DNA of 64,000 nucleotides from Vicinamibacterales bacterium (GTDB taxonomy: Bacteria; Acidobacteriota; Vicinamibacteria; Vicinamibacterales; JAMQPK01). Shown here piece after piece: positions 38,381-47,989 of the stretch (within the stretch, counting starts at the first letter, position 1; each line of letters opens with the position of its first letter). The DNA lies in the NCBI GenBank assembly GCA_963761975.1, contig CAVXIR010000004.1, forward strand, positions 2,001,877 to 2,065,876, in the 5' to 3' direction. Both the position numbers and the translations under genes were made by a program. The notes beneath the pieces are model-generated. The model was given only the letters and a program-made list of their open reading frames with translations, was not told the DNA's origin and searched no databases.

Positions 38381-41284
38381 GTGTCGGCGCGTATCGGGTT
38401 TCGTCTGGCATTCGTCGCCGAACAGGTGACGACCGTCTGGCCGCCGACCGGCATCGCACAGGCCGCCCTGCTGCTATGGGGACTTCGTCTGTGGCCGGCA
38501 ATTTGGTGTGCTGCGTTTATCGTCAACGCAACCATCGAGGGCCCGCTCTGGTCTGCCGCCAGCATTGCAACCGGCAACACGCTCGAGGCGGTGGCGGCCG
38601 CGTGGGCGCTCAACCGCTGGGGATTCAATCCTGCGCTCGATCGCACTCGGGACACGCTTACGTTCATCACCATCGGCGTGGTTGCCACGACAGCGATAAG
38701 CGCCACGATCGGTACGACCAGCCTCTGTGCCAGCGATCTCGAGTCGTGGGATCGCTTCTGGATGATCTGGAGAGAATGGTGGCTCGGTGATGCGCTTGGA
38801 TCCCTCGTCGTCGCGCCAGTGCTGCTCACAATGCTTCGGTCCGGCGTGCGCCTCACGCACAGACAGACGCTGGAGACCGGCGCGTGGGTGGCGGCTGCCG
38901 TGGCGGGTACTGCGCTCGTGTTCGGCCGCACATTCAGCACGATGTCCGGCCATTTCCCATTGGCATTCACGATCTTTCCGTTCGTCATTGCGGCCGCGGT
39001 TCGACTGGGCCACCCGGCGACCGCGCTGGTGACCCTCGCCACGATCGCCGTGACGCTCTCGAATACTGTGCGCGGCATCGGCCCGTTCACGACTGGCGCG
39101 GTTCATGACGCGCTGGTTCAGGCGCAGGTGTTCACGGGTGTCTTGGCCGGCAGCGGTCTTCTCCTCGCAGCTGCCATCATGGAGCGCCGTGTCATCGAAC
39201 AGCGGCGGGCGGCAGCGTACGGCGTCGGAGAAGTGTTGGCGGCATCCCAGGATCTGACCGAAGCGGCACCGCGTATTCTTGCCGTGATCGGTACGAACCT
39301 TGACTGGCAGGTAGGCGCGTTGTGGACGGTCGACAGCAGCGCCGGACAGATCGGCTGCATAAGCGTCTGGTACCCCACCGATACATCGGCCCCCAAATTC
39401 GTTCAGTTGACGAGGGAGATGCGATTCGCATCCGGCGTTGGGTTGCCGGGGCGTGTCTGGGCGACTGGTCGGCCCGCATGGATTCGCGACGTGGTGGAAG
39501 ATCGCAATTTTCCGCGCTCGCCGGTCGCACGGCGGGAAGGACTGCACGGTGCATTTGGTTTTCCGATTTTGATCGGGGACAAGGTCCTGGGCGTTGTCGA
39601 GTTCTTCAACCGCACCGTGGAGGCGCCCGACGCCGATCTGTTAGCCACCATGGCGGCGATAGGCGGAGAAATCGGTCAGTTCATCAGCCGCAAACACACG
39701 GAAGCTATGGCGGCCGAGAGCCAAATCCGAACGCATGCAATCCTAGAAACTGCGATGGATGCCATTCTCACGATGGACCAGCGCGGCGTGATCACCGAAT
39801 TCAACCCGGCAGCCGAACGGATGTTCGGCCATTGCCGCGACGAGGCCCTAGGCCGGGAACTTGCTGCGCTCATCATTCCTGCGTCGCTGCAGGAACGTCA
39901 TCGCAAGGGTTTGCGGACGTACCTGGAGACAGGTAAGGGTCCGTTTATCGATCGCCGGATCGACACCACCGCGGTCCGGGCCGACGGCCTGGAGTTTCCG
40001 GTAGAGGTCTCGATCACGAAAGTGGCGACCGACCCACCAATGTTCACCGGTTTCGTTCGCGACGTCACCGATCGAAAGGCTGCCGAGCGCGAGCGCGGGC
40101 AGCTACTCGAGCGGGAGCTGTCGGCCCGCCGCCAAGCCGAAGCCGCCAACCGCGCGAAGGACATCTTTCTCGCAACGCTATCCCACGAATTGCGAACTCC
40201 GCTCAACGCAATCGTCGGATGGACGCGCATGCTCGTCGACGGCACGCTGGACCAACCCACCGCGACGCGGGCGCTGCAGATCATCGATCGAAACGCTCAC
40301 GCGCAGTTGCAGCTCGTGGAAGACATCCTTGACGTATCGCGGATTGTCACCGGCAAGCTGAGCCTCGACCTTCAGCCGGTCGACCTGGGTACCGTTATCG
40401 GTGCGGTACTCGAAAGCTTCCGGCCGGCCGCCGAAGCCAAACAAATCCGGGTTCGCTCTACCCTCTCCGCAGCCGCTCGGCTGACGGCCGGCGATCCGAA
40501 ACGGCTTCAGCAGGTCGTCTGGAACCTTGTGTCGAATGCGTTGAAATTCACCACGCACAGTGGGCATATCAGCATCGAGGTCCTGGAATGCGGCGCTTCT
40601 TCCGTGTGCGTCAAAGTGACAGATGACGGCGTGGGTATCGCGCCCGAGTTTTTGCCTCGCCTGTTCGAGCGGTTTACCCAGGCCGACAGCTCGACGACGC
40701 GTCAACACGGAGGCCTGGGTCTTGGTCTCGCAATCACACGCCATCTCGTTGAATTGCACGGCGGGACAGTTCGGGCGGAGAGCAAGGGCCCCGGCACAGG
40801 ATCGACATTTACGGTGGAATTGCCGAAGCTTGCCGTCGAACCGCCCATCGATGTACCCGCTCCGGTGACAGACGGCGCGAACCGACAAACGCCGCTCGTG
40901 GGGTGCCGCGTCCTGGTGGTCGAAGACGAAGCCGACGCCCGCGATCTGCTCGCGACCATTCTCTCGAACGCCGGCGCGGTCGTCGAGCTTGCAACGTCGG
41001 TGGAGGAGGCATTGGCTGCGGTCGATCGAACTCCGCCCGACGTGCTCTTATCGGACATCGGGCTCGTCGGGCAAGACGGGTACGAACTGATCCAACAGGT
41101 GCGTGCGCGGGACGCCGTTCGGCGAATGCATGTGCCTGCGGCGGCGATCACGGCGTACGCACGTGAAGAAGATCGACGACGCGCGCTCGCCGTCGGTTTT
41201 GACCGCTATGTGGCAAAGCCCATTGACAGTGCGGTCGTCGAGGTCGTGCGACGCCTATGGAAAGACCGCGTGAGCACCACTTAA
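38381..41284 (+). CDS. Hybrid sensor histidine kinase (MASE1-GAF-PAS-HisKA-HATPase-REC)
   Basis: VWPPTG, WWLGDALG, LSHELRTPL, NALKFT, GGLGLGL, LSDIG; true start may lie up to ~90 nt upstream. Confidence 0.93.
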   Translation: MSARIGFRLAFVAEQVTTVWPPTGIAQAALLLWGLRLWPAIWCAAFIVNATIEGPLWSAASIATGNTLEAVAAAWALNRWGFNPALDRTRDTLTFITIGVVATTAISATIGTTSLCASDLESWDRFWMIWREWWLGDALGSLVVAPVLLTMLRSGVRLTHRQTLETGAWVAAAVAGTALVFGRTFSTMSGHFPLAFTIFPFVIAAAVRLGHPATALVTLATIAVTLSNTVRGIGPFTTGAVHDALVQAQVFTGVLAGSGLLLAAAIMERRVIEQRRAAAYGVGEVLAASQDLTEAAPRILAVIGTNLDWQVGALWTVDSSAGQIGCISVWYPTDTSAPKFVQLTREMRFASGVGLPGRVWATGRPAWIRDVVEDRNFPRSPVARREGLHGAFGFPILIGDKVLGVVEFFNRTVEAPDADLLATMAAIGGEIGQFISRKHTEAMAAESQIRTHAILETAMDAILTMDQRGVITEFNPAAERMFGHCRDEALGRELAALIIPASLQERHRKGLRTYLETGKGPFIDRRIDTTAVRADGLEFPVEVSITKVATDPPMFTGFVRDVTDRKAAERERGQLLERELSARRQAEAANRAKDIFLATLSHELRTPLNAIVGWTRMLVDGTLDQPTATRALQIIDRNAHAQLQLVEDILDVSRIVTGKLSLDLQPVDLGTVIGAVLESFRPAAEAKQIRVRSTLSAAARLTAGDPKRLQQVVWNLVSNALKFTTHSGHISIEVLECGASSVCVKVTDDGVGIAPEFLPRLFERFTQADSSTTRQHGGLGLGLAITRHLVELHGGTVRAESKGPGTGSTFTVELPKLAVEPPIDVPAPVTDGANRQTPLVGCRVLVVEDEADARDLLATILSNAGAVVELATSVEEALAAVDRTPPDVLLSDIGLVGQDGYELIQQVRARDAVRRMHVPAAAITAYAREEDRRRALAVGFDRYVAKPIDSAVVEVVRRLWKDRVSTT

Positions 41285-41306
41285 CGCAGTCGGCCTTGCT
41301 GGTGAA

Positions 41307-43010
41307 CTATCGACGTATATCTTTGAGCGGCATGTCGAGCACGCCGAAGCGAGCGGTCATGCGGTCGCGCACGATCAGACGCACATGCGACGTCTCAGGC
41401 TCTATCGTCCAGACTTTGGCAAAACGTACGATCGACGGCTGAACGGCCGCCTGCGGATTCTCCTTGACAGTAATGATTGCCCCGTCGCGCCGGACGCGCG
41501 TCCACTGCTTGGTGTTCCGCTCGCCGAATCCAATCTCCAGATCGGCTACCGGCTGGCCGTTGACGCGCTTGTAGTAGAGATCGTCGGCCGCAATCTGAAT
41601 CAGCACGTTCAGACCGTAGGGAACGGCGTCGGCGCGCGCGTCGAGCCGAATGGCGGTTGATCCCAGGGGATTCTGCAGCGCAGCCTGCCAATCCGGCTCG
41701 GCCCAGTTCACCGGTTGCTTGACCGGCGCAAGCGCCATATAGCCTTTGCGATGCAACACGCCCACGCCGGGACGGGTCACGCGCACGTCGAAATCGTGCC
41801 ACCGGTTGTCGGTGTTGTCGGCAACGTAGAAACCCACCGAATACGACCCGCGCATGTCATTGGCGGCCGCGCTCACACCAGCCGTGAGATCGTTCGTGTT
41901 CCTGAACGCGCGACCGCCGGTGACGTCGGCCAGCATGTCCATCGTGCCCCAGATGCGGAGATCGTTTTCCCGCGTCATCGGACGCAGCTGCATTTTTTCT
42001 TCCTGGCCTTTGCTCGAACCTGGTGCCGTCGTGCTCGTTCCGAGAAACCCGATTTGGAGCCCGGTGGCTTGTGTCGGATAGACCGTGATGCCTTGTGTGG
42101 CAAGACGCTGCCCAAGCCCGCGGACCTGCGAAGCGTAACTGGTGACCCAGCGATCGTGCGCGCCCTGCGTCAGGACAGGAATGCCGCCGCTGATCCACAC
42201 CAGATTCTTGCGACCCGGGATACCGGAGAGGTGATTCCCCAAGGCCTCGAGCGACGCGACCGTCTGATTCATGCGCCGCATGTGCATCTGCTCTTGAAAG
42301 TACTCCTCGGCCCTCGCCATCTGTGCGCGGGCTTTATCCCACTCAGCCTGTCGTTCGGCGTCGGCCTGTGCCTCCTGGTCGCCGCCGCCGCCGGAGCCGC
42401 TGTTGCCGACGGTATCGTTGTAGTGCTCGGCTTCCATCAACTGCCGGCGGACCAGCTCGTCAGCCGAGACAGGCTGAATGTTGTATTCGATATTGTGCTT
42501 GGAAAGCCGCGCGCGGAGCGCTTCGAGATCCGCGGTGAAATCGTGAACGATTCGCAGGTTCGAGCCCAGCGCGTAGACCGCCACGCGCGTGTTGGGTGCA
42601 AGGGCGCGAAGGTACTGCATCACCTGCGCCTTCACCGCAACCTGATCCTCAGGCAGCGTATTCAGCGAGTCCATGACGATCGCCGTCACATTCCTCGCAG
42701 GACCCGGCGAATATTCCGTTCGATTCGTAAAAATTCCGGGCGCAATCGGTTCGCGCGGAGGTTCGACTGCGCCGGGCACGAATGCCGAACCTTCGAATCT
42801 GAAGAACGCGACCGGCTGCGGCTTGCCGTTTTGCAGAATTGTGATCTCGTCCTGCTTCAGATCGGTGACGGGCCGGCCGCTCCCGTCGGTGGCCACTATC
42901 GTGAACTCAACGAGTGTGGTTCCGGCGCGGAAGATCGGCGTGGGTTGCTGCGCATATATGTGCACGACCGCCGCGCCAAGTACGAGCGCGGCGATTACAA
43001 TTTTTTGCAT
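41307..43010 (-). CDS. VWA domain protein (Acidobacteria VWFA type, long)
   Basis: FRAGTTLVEF, PGRKNLVWISGG, TGGRAF, YSVGFY; paralog of 31073..32722. Confidence 0.88.
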   Translation of the reverse strand: MQKIVIAALVLGAAVVHIYAQQPTPIFRAGTTLVEFTIVATDGSGRPVTDLKQDEITILQNGKPQPVAFFRFEGSAFVPGAVEPPREPIAPGIFTNRTEYSPGPARNVTAIVMDSLNTLPEDQVAVKAQVMQYLRALAPNTRVAVYALGSNLRIVHDFTADLEALRARLSKHNIEYNIQPVSADELVRRQLMEAEHYNDTVGNSGSGGGGDQEAQADAERQAEWDKARAQMARAEEYFQEQMHMRRMNQTVASLEALGNHLSGIPGRKNLVWISGGIPVLTQGAHDRWVTSYASQVRGLGQRLATQGITVYPTQATGLQIGFLGTSTTAPGSSKGQEEKMQLRPMTRENDLRIWGTMDMLADVTGGRAFRNTNDLTAGVSAAANDMRGSYSVGFYVADNTDNRWHDFDVRVTRPGVGVLHRKGYMALAPVKQPVNWAEPDWQAALQNPLGSTAIRLDARADAVPYGLNVLIQIAADDLYYKRVNGQPVADLEIGFGERNTKQWTRVRRDGAIITVKENPQAAVQPSIVRFAKVWTIEPETSHVRLIVRDRMTARFGVLDMPLKDIRR

Positions 43011-43259
43011 GGTTTAACGGTAAAGCACCGCTTACAACGGTGCAACAGTCTTGTTCAACCTTGTTCAACGACGGGACACGAGCTGCCACTGCAGGACTGT
43101 GCAAGTCAGAAACTGCCCGAATTTAAAGGGAATTGAGCCGTCCGCCTTTCTGGTATCGAAGTTGTTATCACACCACCCCAGCGCCGCGTGCGGCGAGGGT
43201 AATGGGGCCCTCACCAGCGAGCGGCATGGAGCGGGACAAAGGACTCCCGCAAAGAACAA

Positions 43260-43667
43260 ATGACACTCTTCACTAAACCACGGTTGCGCCGCACGGTCCT
43301 GGTGGTCGAGGATGCGTTGACGACGCGCTGCATTCTCGAGCAGTTTTTTGCGCGCGCGGGCTGCGATGTGCTGCAGGCCGGCGATGCGGATACGGCGCTC
43401 GTTCGGCTGAAGTCCACCGACGTCGATGCCGTGATTCTGGACCTCCGCCTCGCCGATGATCGATCGGGCCTCGAGGTACTCGAACAGATGCGGCTCGACG
43501 CGCGCTTCGACGATGTGCCCGTTGTGGTGCTGACCGGTGTGACGGAAGTGGAACCCGCCGAGGCAGAAGTCATCGAGCGCCATGGCGCGCATCTTTTGTA
43601 CAAGCGGTTCGGGTACAAAGAGGTCGTGCAGCGGCTCGAGAGGATTCTCACCGCAAAGGCAGCGTAG
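43260..43667 (+). CDS. Single-domain response regulator
   Basis: VLVVED, ILDLRL..SGLEVL, VVLTG. Confidence 0.85.
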   Translation: MTLFTKPRLRRTVLVVEDALTTRCILEQFFARAGCDVLQAGDADTALVRLKSTDVDAVILDLRLADDRSGLEVLEQMRLDARFDDVPVVVLTGVTEVEPAEAEVIERHGAHLLYKRFGYKEVVQRLERILTAKAA

Positions 43668-44715
43668 GCTCGTACGTCTTGCTGAAGTGGTTTCGGCTGT
43701 TGTTGACCGTGAACGTCCCGTCGGTCTCGGCCGAGACCTTAATCCAGTTCGTCGCGCCGTGCTGCGGATCTGCCTCGACATTGGCCACGAACACGCGCGG
43801 CACGTCGTACTCAGGCCCGCTGAGCTCGGCGACGTGAAGCTGCCATAAGTCTTCCAGTCCCGGGCTCGAATACAGCACCCGCATCGTCTCGGGCTGTCCG
43901 CCTTTGCGGATGCCGTTGTTGATGACGCCCACACGCGGCCGCAGTGCATGCACCAGCGCTTCGGAATTGGAGCTGTGCTGACCGTGGCGCGAGACGAGCA
44001 GGAATTCCACCGTTCCCAGGCGGTTGGCCGGACACATCATCTCGAACTCTTTGTTCCATGGAAAGTCGGCGAGATACAGCGCGCGGAACTTGCCGAACGT
44101 CACATGCGAGCCAACTGAGTGCTCATCCTCCGTGTTGCCGACTGGCTGGCCAGACACTGGATTCACCGTGTGCGGCTTGAACCCTGCGCAGTGCCGATTG
44201 GGGCGTCCCGCACCGGGGAGGGGATTCTTGATACTCTCGCGCGCCGAAGTGACGAAGCGCCATTCGACGCCTTTCAACGGGAGGGTATCTCCGACCTTCA
44301 CGATCGTGTGTTTCGATTTGGCGACGAGACCGGGGTAGGTTTTCTGCAAAAACTCGTCGACCACGGCGTTCGGCTGCACATTGCCGCCGTGATCGAGGTA
44401 ATGGCGAATCGGAATACGGCCCGCCAGTTCGGCCATCGCGCCCATGTGATCGCCGTGCCAGTGCGAGGTGACGAGTGCGTCGATCTGCGTGACCCCGGCC
44501 GCTGTCACGGCGGCCATGATGCGGTCGGCGTCTCTGACCGCGGCCGGTCCGCCGTTGCCGGTGTCGATGAGAACGGCCTCACGCGAGGGCGTGACGAAGA
44601 GCGTCGCATTTCCGCCCTCAACATCCACGACATAGATGTCGAGGGTTCTCGACTGCGCCTGCAGAATGACGACACACATCGCAAGGGCAGCGGCAACGGA
44701 CAAGGCGCACTTCAT
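43648..44715 (-). CDS. MBL-fold hydrolase (ComEC/Rec2-like), secreted
   Basis: DVEGGNATL, IDTG, SHWHGDHMG, RHG. Confidence 0.85.
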   Translation of the reverse strand: MKCALSVAAALAMCVVILQAQSRTLDIYVVDVEGGNATLFVTPSREAVLIDTGNGGPAAVRDADRIMAAVTAAGVTQIDALVTSHWHGDHMGAMAELAGRIPIRHYLDHGGNVQPNAVVDEFLQKTYPGLVAKSKHTIVKVGDTLPLKGVEWRFVTSARESIKNPLPGAGRPNRHCAGFKPHTVNPVSGQPVGNTEDEHSVGSHVTFGKFRALYLADFPWNKEFEMMCPANRLGTVEFLLVSRHGQHSSNSEALVHALRPRVGVINNGIRKGGQPETMRVLYSSPGLEDLWQLHVAELSGPEYDVPRVFVANVEADPQHGATNWIKVSAETDGTFTVNNSRNHFSKTYEPTLPLR

Positions 44716-44727
44716 AAGTGCCTCCAC

Positions 44728-44785
44728 TTAGCTGGTAGCTGGTAGCTCGTGGCCGTAGTACGTAGTATCCGGCTTCAGCCGGACC
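44728..44785. repeat. TAGCTGG 7-nt array plus GTAG-type REP
   Basis: tagctgg tagctgg tagct; GTAGtatccggcttcagccggacc (44762-85). Confidence 0.75.
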
Positions 44786-44789
44786 GTGA

Positions 44790-45230
44790 TCACGACCAGA
44801 ACGACAAAATGAATCCAAACAGGAGCAACCGAACCAGATCGAAGCTCGCGTTGATCAGTACCAGACCCCAGCTCTTCATTTCCCACGCCACACGGTTCAT
44901 CTGAACCGGAAGAAAAAATCCGAGCCAGTTGAAAACGCCTGCATTCAGCGCGTAGATCCACGGCGCCGCGTCGGGCTCCAACCCCCAGGACGAGGCTTGC
45001 CACGCTTTGATGCTATGGAGGAGCACCCACGCAATGAGCAGATTGCTCACGAAAAAGATGCCCATCGCCTTGCCCATCGATCCGGAATCGGGCGGCTGCA
45101 TGTTGCCGAAGCCCATATGCCGTTGCCAGGACTTTCCGAAGAGCGGGCCGAACCACAGGAATCCAACTGGCATCGCAACCACCGCGCATGCGAGCACCGC
45201 GAGGTAGTTGATCGTGAAGGTCGGCATCAT
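44790..45230 (-). CDS. DUF1761 membrane protein
   Basis: INYLAVLAC..GFLWFGPLFGKSW; four TM segments. Confidence 0.85.
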   Translation of the reverse strand: MMPTFTINYLAVLACAVVAMPVGFLWFGPLFGKSWQRHMGFGNMQPPDSGSMGKAMGIFFVSNLLIAWVLLHSIKAWQASSWGLEPDAAPWIYALNAGVFNWLGFFLPVQMNRVAWEMKSWGLVLINASFDLVRLLLFGFILSFWS

Positions 45231-45240
45231 CGGCCACGCT

Positions 45241-45319
45241 CCATTTCATCGTCGATCGTCCATCGTCGATCGGCAATCGTCTAGACGATGGACGATGGAC
45301 GATCGACGATGGACAATCG
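45241..45319. repeat. Inverted 7-nt array (CATCGTC / GACGATG)
   Basis: catcgtc gatcgtc catcgtc gatcggc aatcgtc ta gacgatg gacgatg gacgatc gacgatg. Confidence 0.88.
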
Positions 45320-45958
45320 TTAAACTCGGGATACCCTACCACGCTCGAGTTCCTGTTTGAAGCGGTCGAAAAGCCTGGCCACGTCGAGGCCATCGACGAG
45401 TGCGTGATGCACTTCGACGGCAACGGGCATTTTCATCCGCCGCCCTTCGCGGACGGCTTGTCCGAAGACGAGGCGCGGAATTGAATCGCCGCGCGGAATC
45501 GCATTCGTGTACGCCGTAAAGCGGAACCACGGCAGCACCGAATGGTAGACGACATCGTCGACGAGCTTTTGCGGCTCCAGCCTCCCCCCTTTCATCGCTT
45601 TCGCGATGGCGGCATTGCCGTTCGTGACGAATTCGTCGAGGGTATCGGCGGGCTCGACCCGCGCGAATCCGAAGGTCTCGTCCGGCCGCCGAATCGTGGG
45701 CCCGACGCCGATGCGATCGTGACGCCACACGCCGCGCGGTCGCAGCCGCAGACGGAATGCTTCGACGTCGTTGACGGCTCTCAACATGAGAAACAGCGAG
45801 GTCAGAAAAAATGAGGGGATCCCCGGCTTGCGGCACTGGTTCCAGACTCGCGTGACGTCGGCATCGACCGTGACGCTGAAAAATGGCTGTTCGTACTTGC
45901 GGAACAACTCATAGTGCTCACGCCGCCTCCATGTCTTCAGATCAATCCAGACGCCCAC
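45320..45958 (-). CDS. CatA-like (chloramphenicol) O-acetyltransferase
   Basis: W-RREHYELF, SVLPWFRFT, VHHALVDGL catalytic motif. Confidence 0.85.
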   Translation of the reverse strand: MGVWIDLKTWRRREHYELFRKYEQPFFSVTVDADVTRVWNQCRKPGIPSFFLTSLFLMLRAVNDVEAFRLRLRPRGVWRHDRIGVGPTIRRPDETFGFARVEPADTLDEFVTNGNAAIAKAMKGGRLEPQKLVDDVVYHSVLPWFRFTAYTNAIPRGDSIPRLVFGQAVREGRRMKMPVAVEVHHALVDGLDVARLFDRFKQELERGRVSRV

Positions 45959-45960
45959 TA

Positions 45961-46470
45961 CTAGGTCCCCTTCACACCTTCGGACGCGTAAGCCTCGAGT
46001 GCGTCAGCGTTGAAGCACGCGAACACGACACGCGTGATGGAGGCGTGCTCGCGAACGAATGCCTGGACAGTTGTCACCGCAACCTGCGTGGCGGCGCGAA
46101 GGGGATAGCCAAAGATCCCCGTGCTGATGGCAGGAAACGCAATCGACGTCATCCCGTGCTCGCGCGCCAGCTCGAGTGATCGTCTGTAGGCAGATGCGAG
46201 CTGATCGGCTTCGCCCGAGTGTCCACCGTGCCAGACGGGTCCTACCGCGTGAATGACGAACCGCGCCGGCAGTTGAAAGCCCGGCGTCATGCGTGCGTCG
46301 CCGGTCGGGCACGGTCCAACCTTGGCGCAGGCCCTGGCCAGCTCTGGGCCTGCAGCACGATGAATGGCGCCGCACACGCCGCCGCCAGGTGCGAGACTGG
46401 TGTTGGCGGCGTTGACGATGGCATCGACGCTGAGCGTCGTGATATCGACGAGCTCGGCTGACAGGCGCAT
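45961..46470 (-). CDS. Macro domain protein (O-acetyl-ADP-ribose deacetylase type)
   Basis: DAIVNAAN, GGGVCGAIHRAAG, IHAVGP, FPAISTGIFGYP. Confidence 0.93.
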   Translation of the reverse strand: MRLSAELVDITTLSVDAIVNAANTSLAPGGGVCGAIHRAAGPELARACAKVGPCPTGDARMTPGFQLPARFVIHAVGPVWHGGHSGEADQLASAYRRSLELAREHGMTSIAFPAISTGIFGYPLRAATQVAVTTVQAFVREHASITRVVFACFNADALEAYASEGVKGT

Positions 46471-46512
46471 CGCGCGAAGTTTACTCGGGCCGGCCGGTCT
46501 CGATGAAACGTT

Positions 46513-47085
46513 TCAATTCTTGTCGCGGGGCCCCAACGCCCGCTCCGCCGCTCCGCTCGCGGGGACCCCTATGCTCCGCTCCGCTTCGCGGCTCTCCTGC
46601 AGCTGACCGGCGAGAACGGCGTCGACGGCCGGCGCAATCGCTGCGAGCCCTCCGGGCCGGTAGCCACCCACGGTGTACGTCCACTCGAATCGGGTGCCGT
46701 TACCCTCGTCGGCGAATCTCCAGATCTTGCTGCCCGACACCGCCATCTGCTGCAGCGGACCCAGCGAGCCTGCAAAACGTATTTCTTGTTGCGGCACAAC
46801 GTACACAACCGAGAGATGTATCGCTCCGCCATTGGCAAGCCGTTCGCACAAACATCCGCCGGGCCTCGGGTCGAGGGAAAGGTTAGTCGCCAGCCCGGAA
46901 ATGGTATGAGCCGGATCCCACCACCGGCTGAGGAGATCGACGGCGGCGCTGTACACACGCGACCGATGCGCCGACATCTGCGCGACGTTGCGGACCGTGA
47001 ATCCGTGTTCGCTGCTGTCGACGACCTCCGCAGCTGCGGTAGCCGCGAAACACATGATCAACGCCGTCACAATCAATTCGCGCAT
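46513..47085 (-). CDS. SRPBCC/START-like protein, secreted; C-terminus read from a repeat
   Basis: WWDPAHT..LSLDPRPGGCLCE, GSLGPLQ, VDAVLAGQL. Confidence 0.75.
   Translation of the reverse strand: MRELIVTALIMCFAATAAAEVVDSSEHGFTVRNVAQMSAHRSRVYSAAVDLLSRWWDPAHTISGLATNLSLDPRPGGCLCERLANGGAIHLSVVYVVPQQEIRFAGSLGPLQQMAVSGSKIWRFADEGNGTRFEWTYTVGGYRPGGLAAIAPAVDAVLAGQLQESREAERSIGVPASGAAERALGPRDKN
46520..46592. repeat. Dispersed CGCGGGGCCCC..CCGCTCCG repeat
   Basis: Related copies at 58247-58270 and, inverted, at 20384-20405. Confidence 0.65.
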
Positions 47086-47090
47086 AGCTC

Positions 47091-47127
47091 AAATAAAAAC
47101 GGGGCGACAGCTTGACACAGTCGCCCC
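47091..47127 (-). terminator. Rho-independent terminator
   Basis: ggggcgac/gtcgcccc stem followed by GTTTTTATTT on the minus strand. Confidence 0.7.
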
Positions 47128-47155
47128 TTTGAATCTTTCAGCGGGTAGCCGGTAG

Positions 47156-47956
47156 CTAGTAGCCCGTATACCCTTCCGTCATCTCAATGTAAACACCGGT
47201 CGGATCGTACAGATACGAAATGTTCAGCCCGATCGCCGGAACCTCGCGATAGGCCGTTTCCAACTTGATCCCCTTGGCTTCGAGCTTCTTCAGGAACTCG
47301 GCGAGGTTGCGAATTTCGAAGCCGATGTGATCCACGGTCGTGCCGCGCGTGTTGACAGCGGTCGGCGCGGTTTTCGACGGCGCGAAAATCAGCTTCATCC
47401 CCGGCGCATCGGCAATCTCGAAGTTGCCTGACGTGCTCGGCTTCAGGCCATAGGTGTCGACATACCAGTCACGCAGCTTCGCCGGCTCGGGCAGAGTGAA
47501 GTGCAGGTGATACGCCACGGCCGGAACCTTCAGCGTCGTGTCTTCCTGCAACTCGAACCGCAGGCCGTCCGGACCAATCAGGAACGCATTCGGGAACCCT
47601 TCGCTCCCTTTGAATTCGCGCTCGATGGTGTACCCGGCGTCCTTCCACTTCTTGAGGGCGTTCGCAAGGCTCGGCACTTTCAAACCGAAATGATTGAAGG
47701 CCGTGTTCTCGGTACCGCCTGTCGGCTTGGTGCCGCGAAACGCAATCATCATGTTGGGCAGCTTGACGATCGTGAAAGTGCCCTTGGTGGAGATGACGCC
47801 GCCGAACTGCTCGACCCACATCTGGTGATGCACTTTGGGATCGGCAACGCTCAGGTGCACGTGTCCAAACGTCACGCCCATCTCATTGTGCGGCGCGAGC
47901 TGCGCATAGGCGGGATGCGCGACGAGGAGCGCGAATGCTATCAATAACGGTCTCAT
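47156..47956 (-). CDS. VOC/glyoxalase two-domain protein, secreted
   Basis: GHVHLSV, NHFGLKV, DHIGFE, DPTGVYIE; GGAGG RBS. Confidence 0.85.
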   Translation of the reverse strand: MRPLLIAFALLVAHPAYAQLAPHNEMGVTFGHVHLSVADPKVHHQMWVEQFGGVISTKGTFTIVKLPNMMIAFRGTKPTGGTENTAFNHFGLKVPSLANALKKWKDAGYTIEREFKGSEGFPNAFLIGPDGLRFELQEDTTLKVPAVAYHLHFTLPEPAKLRDWYVDTYGLKPSTSGNFEIADAPGMKLIFAPSKTAPTAVNTRGTTVDHIGFEIRNLAEFLKKLEAKGIKLETAYREVPAIGLNISYLYDPTGVYIEMTEGYTGY

Positions 47957-47989
47957 GGCTGTCCTCCGTGGCGGAGAGTCTACACGAGC

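Noticed and set aside
38111..41351. DGR template/variable repeat pair at the VWA C-terminus
   Set aside because: Only 45 nt long; mismatches are not adenine-specific and are mostly synonymous; no RT.
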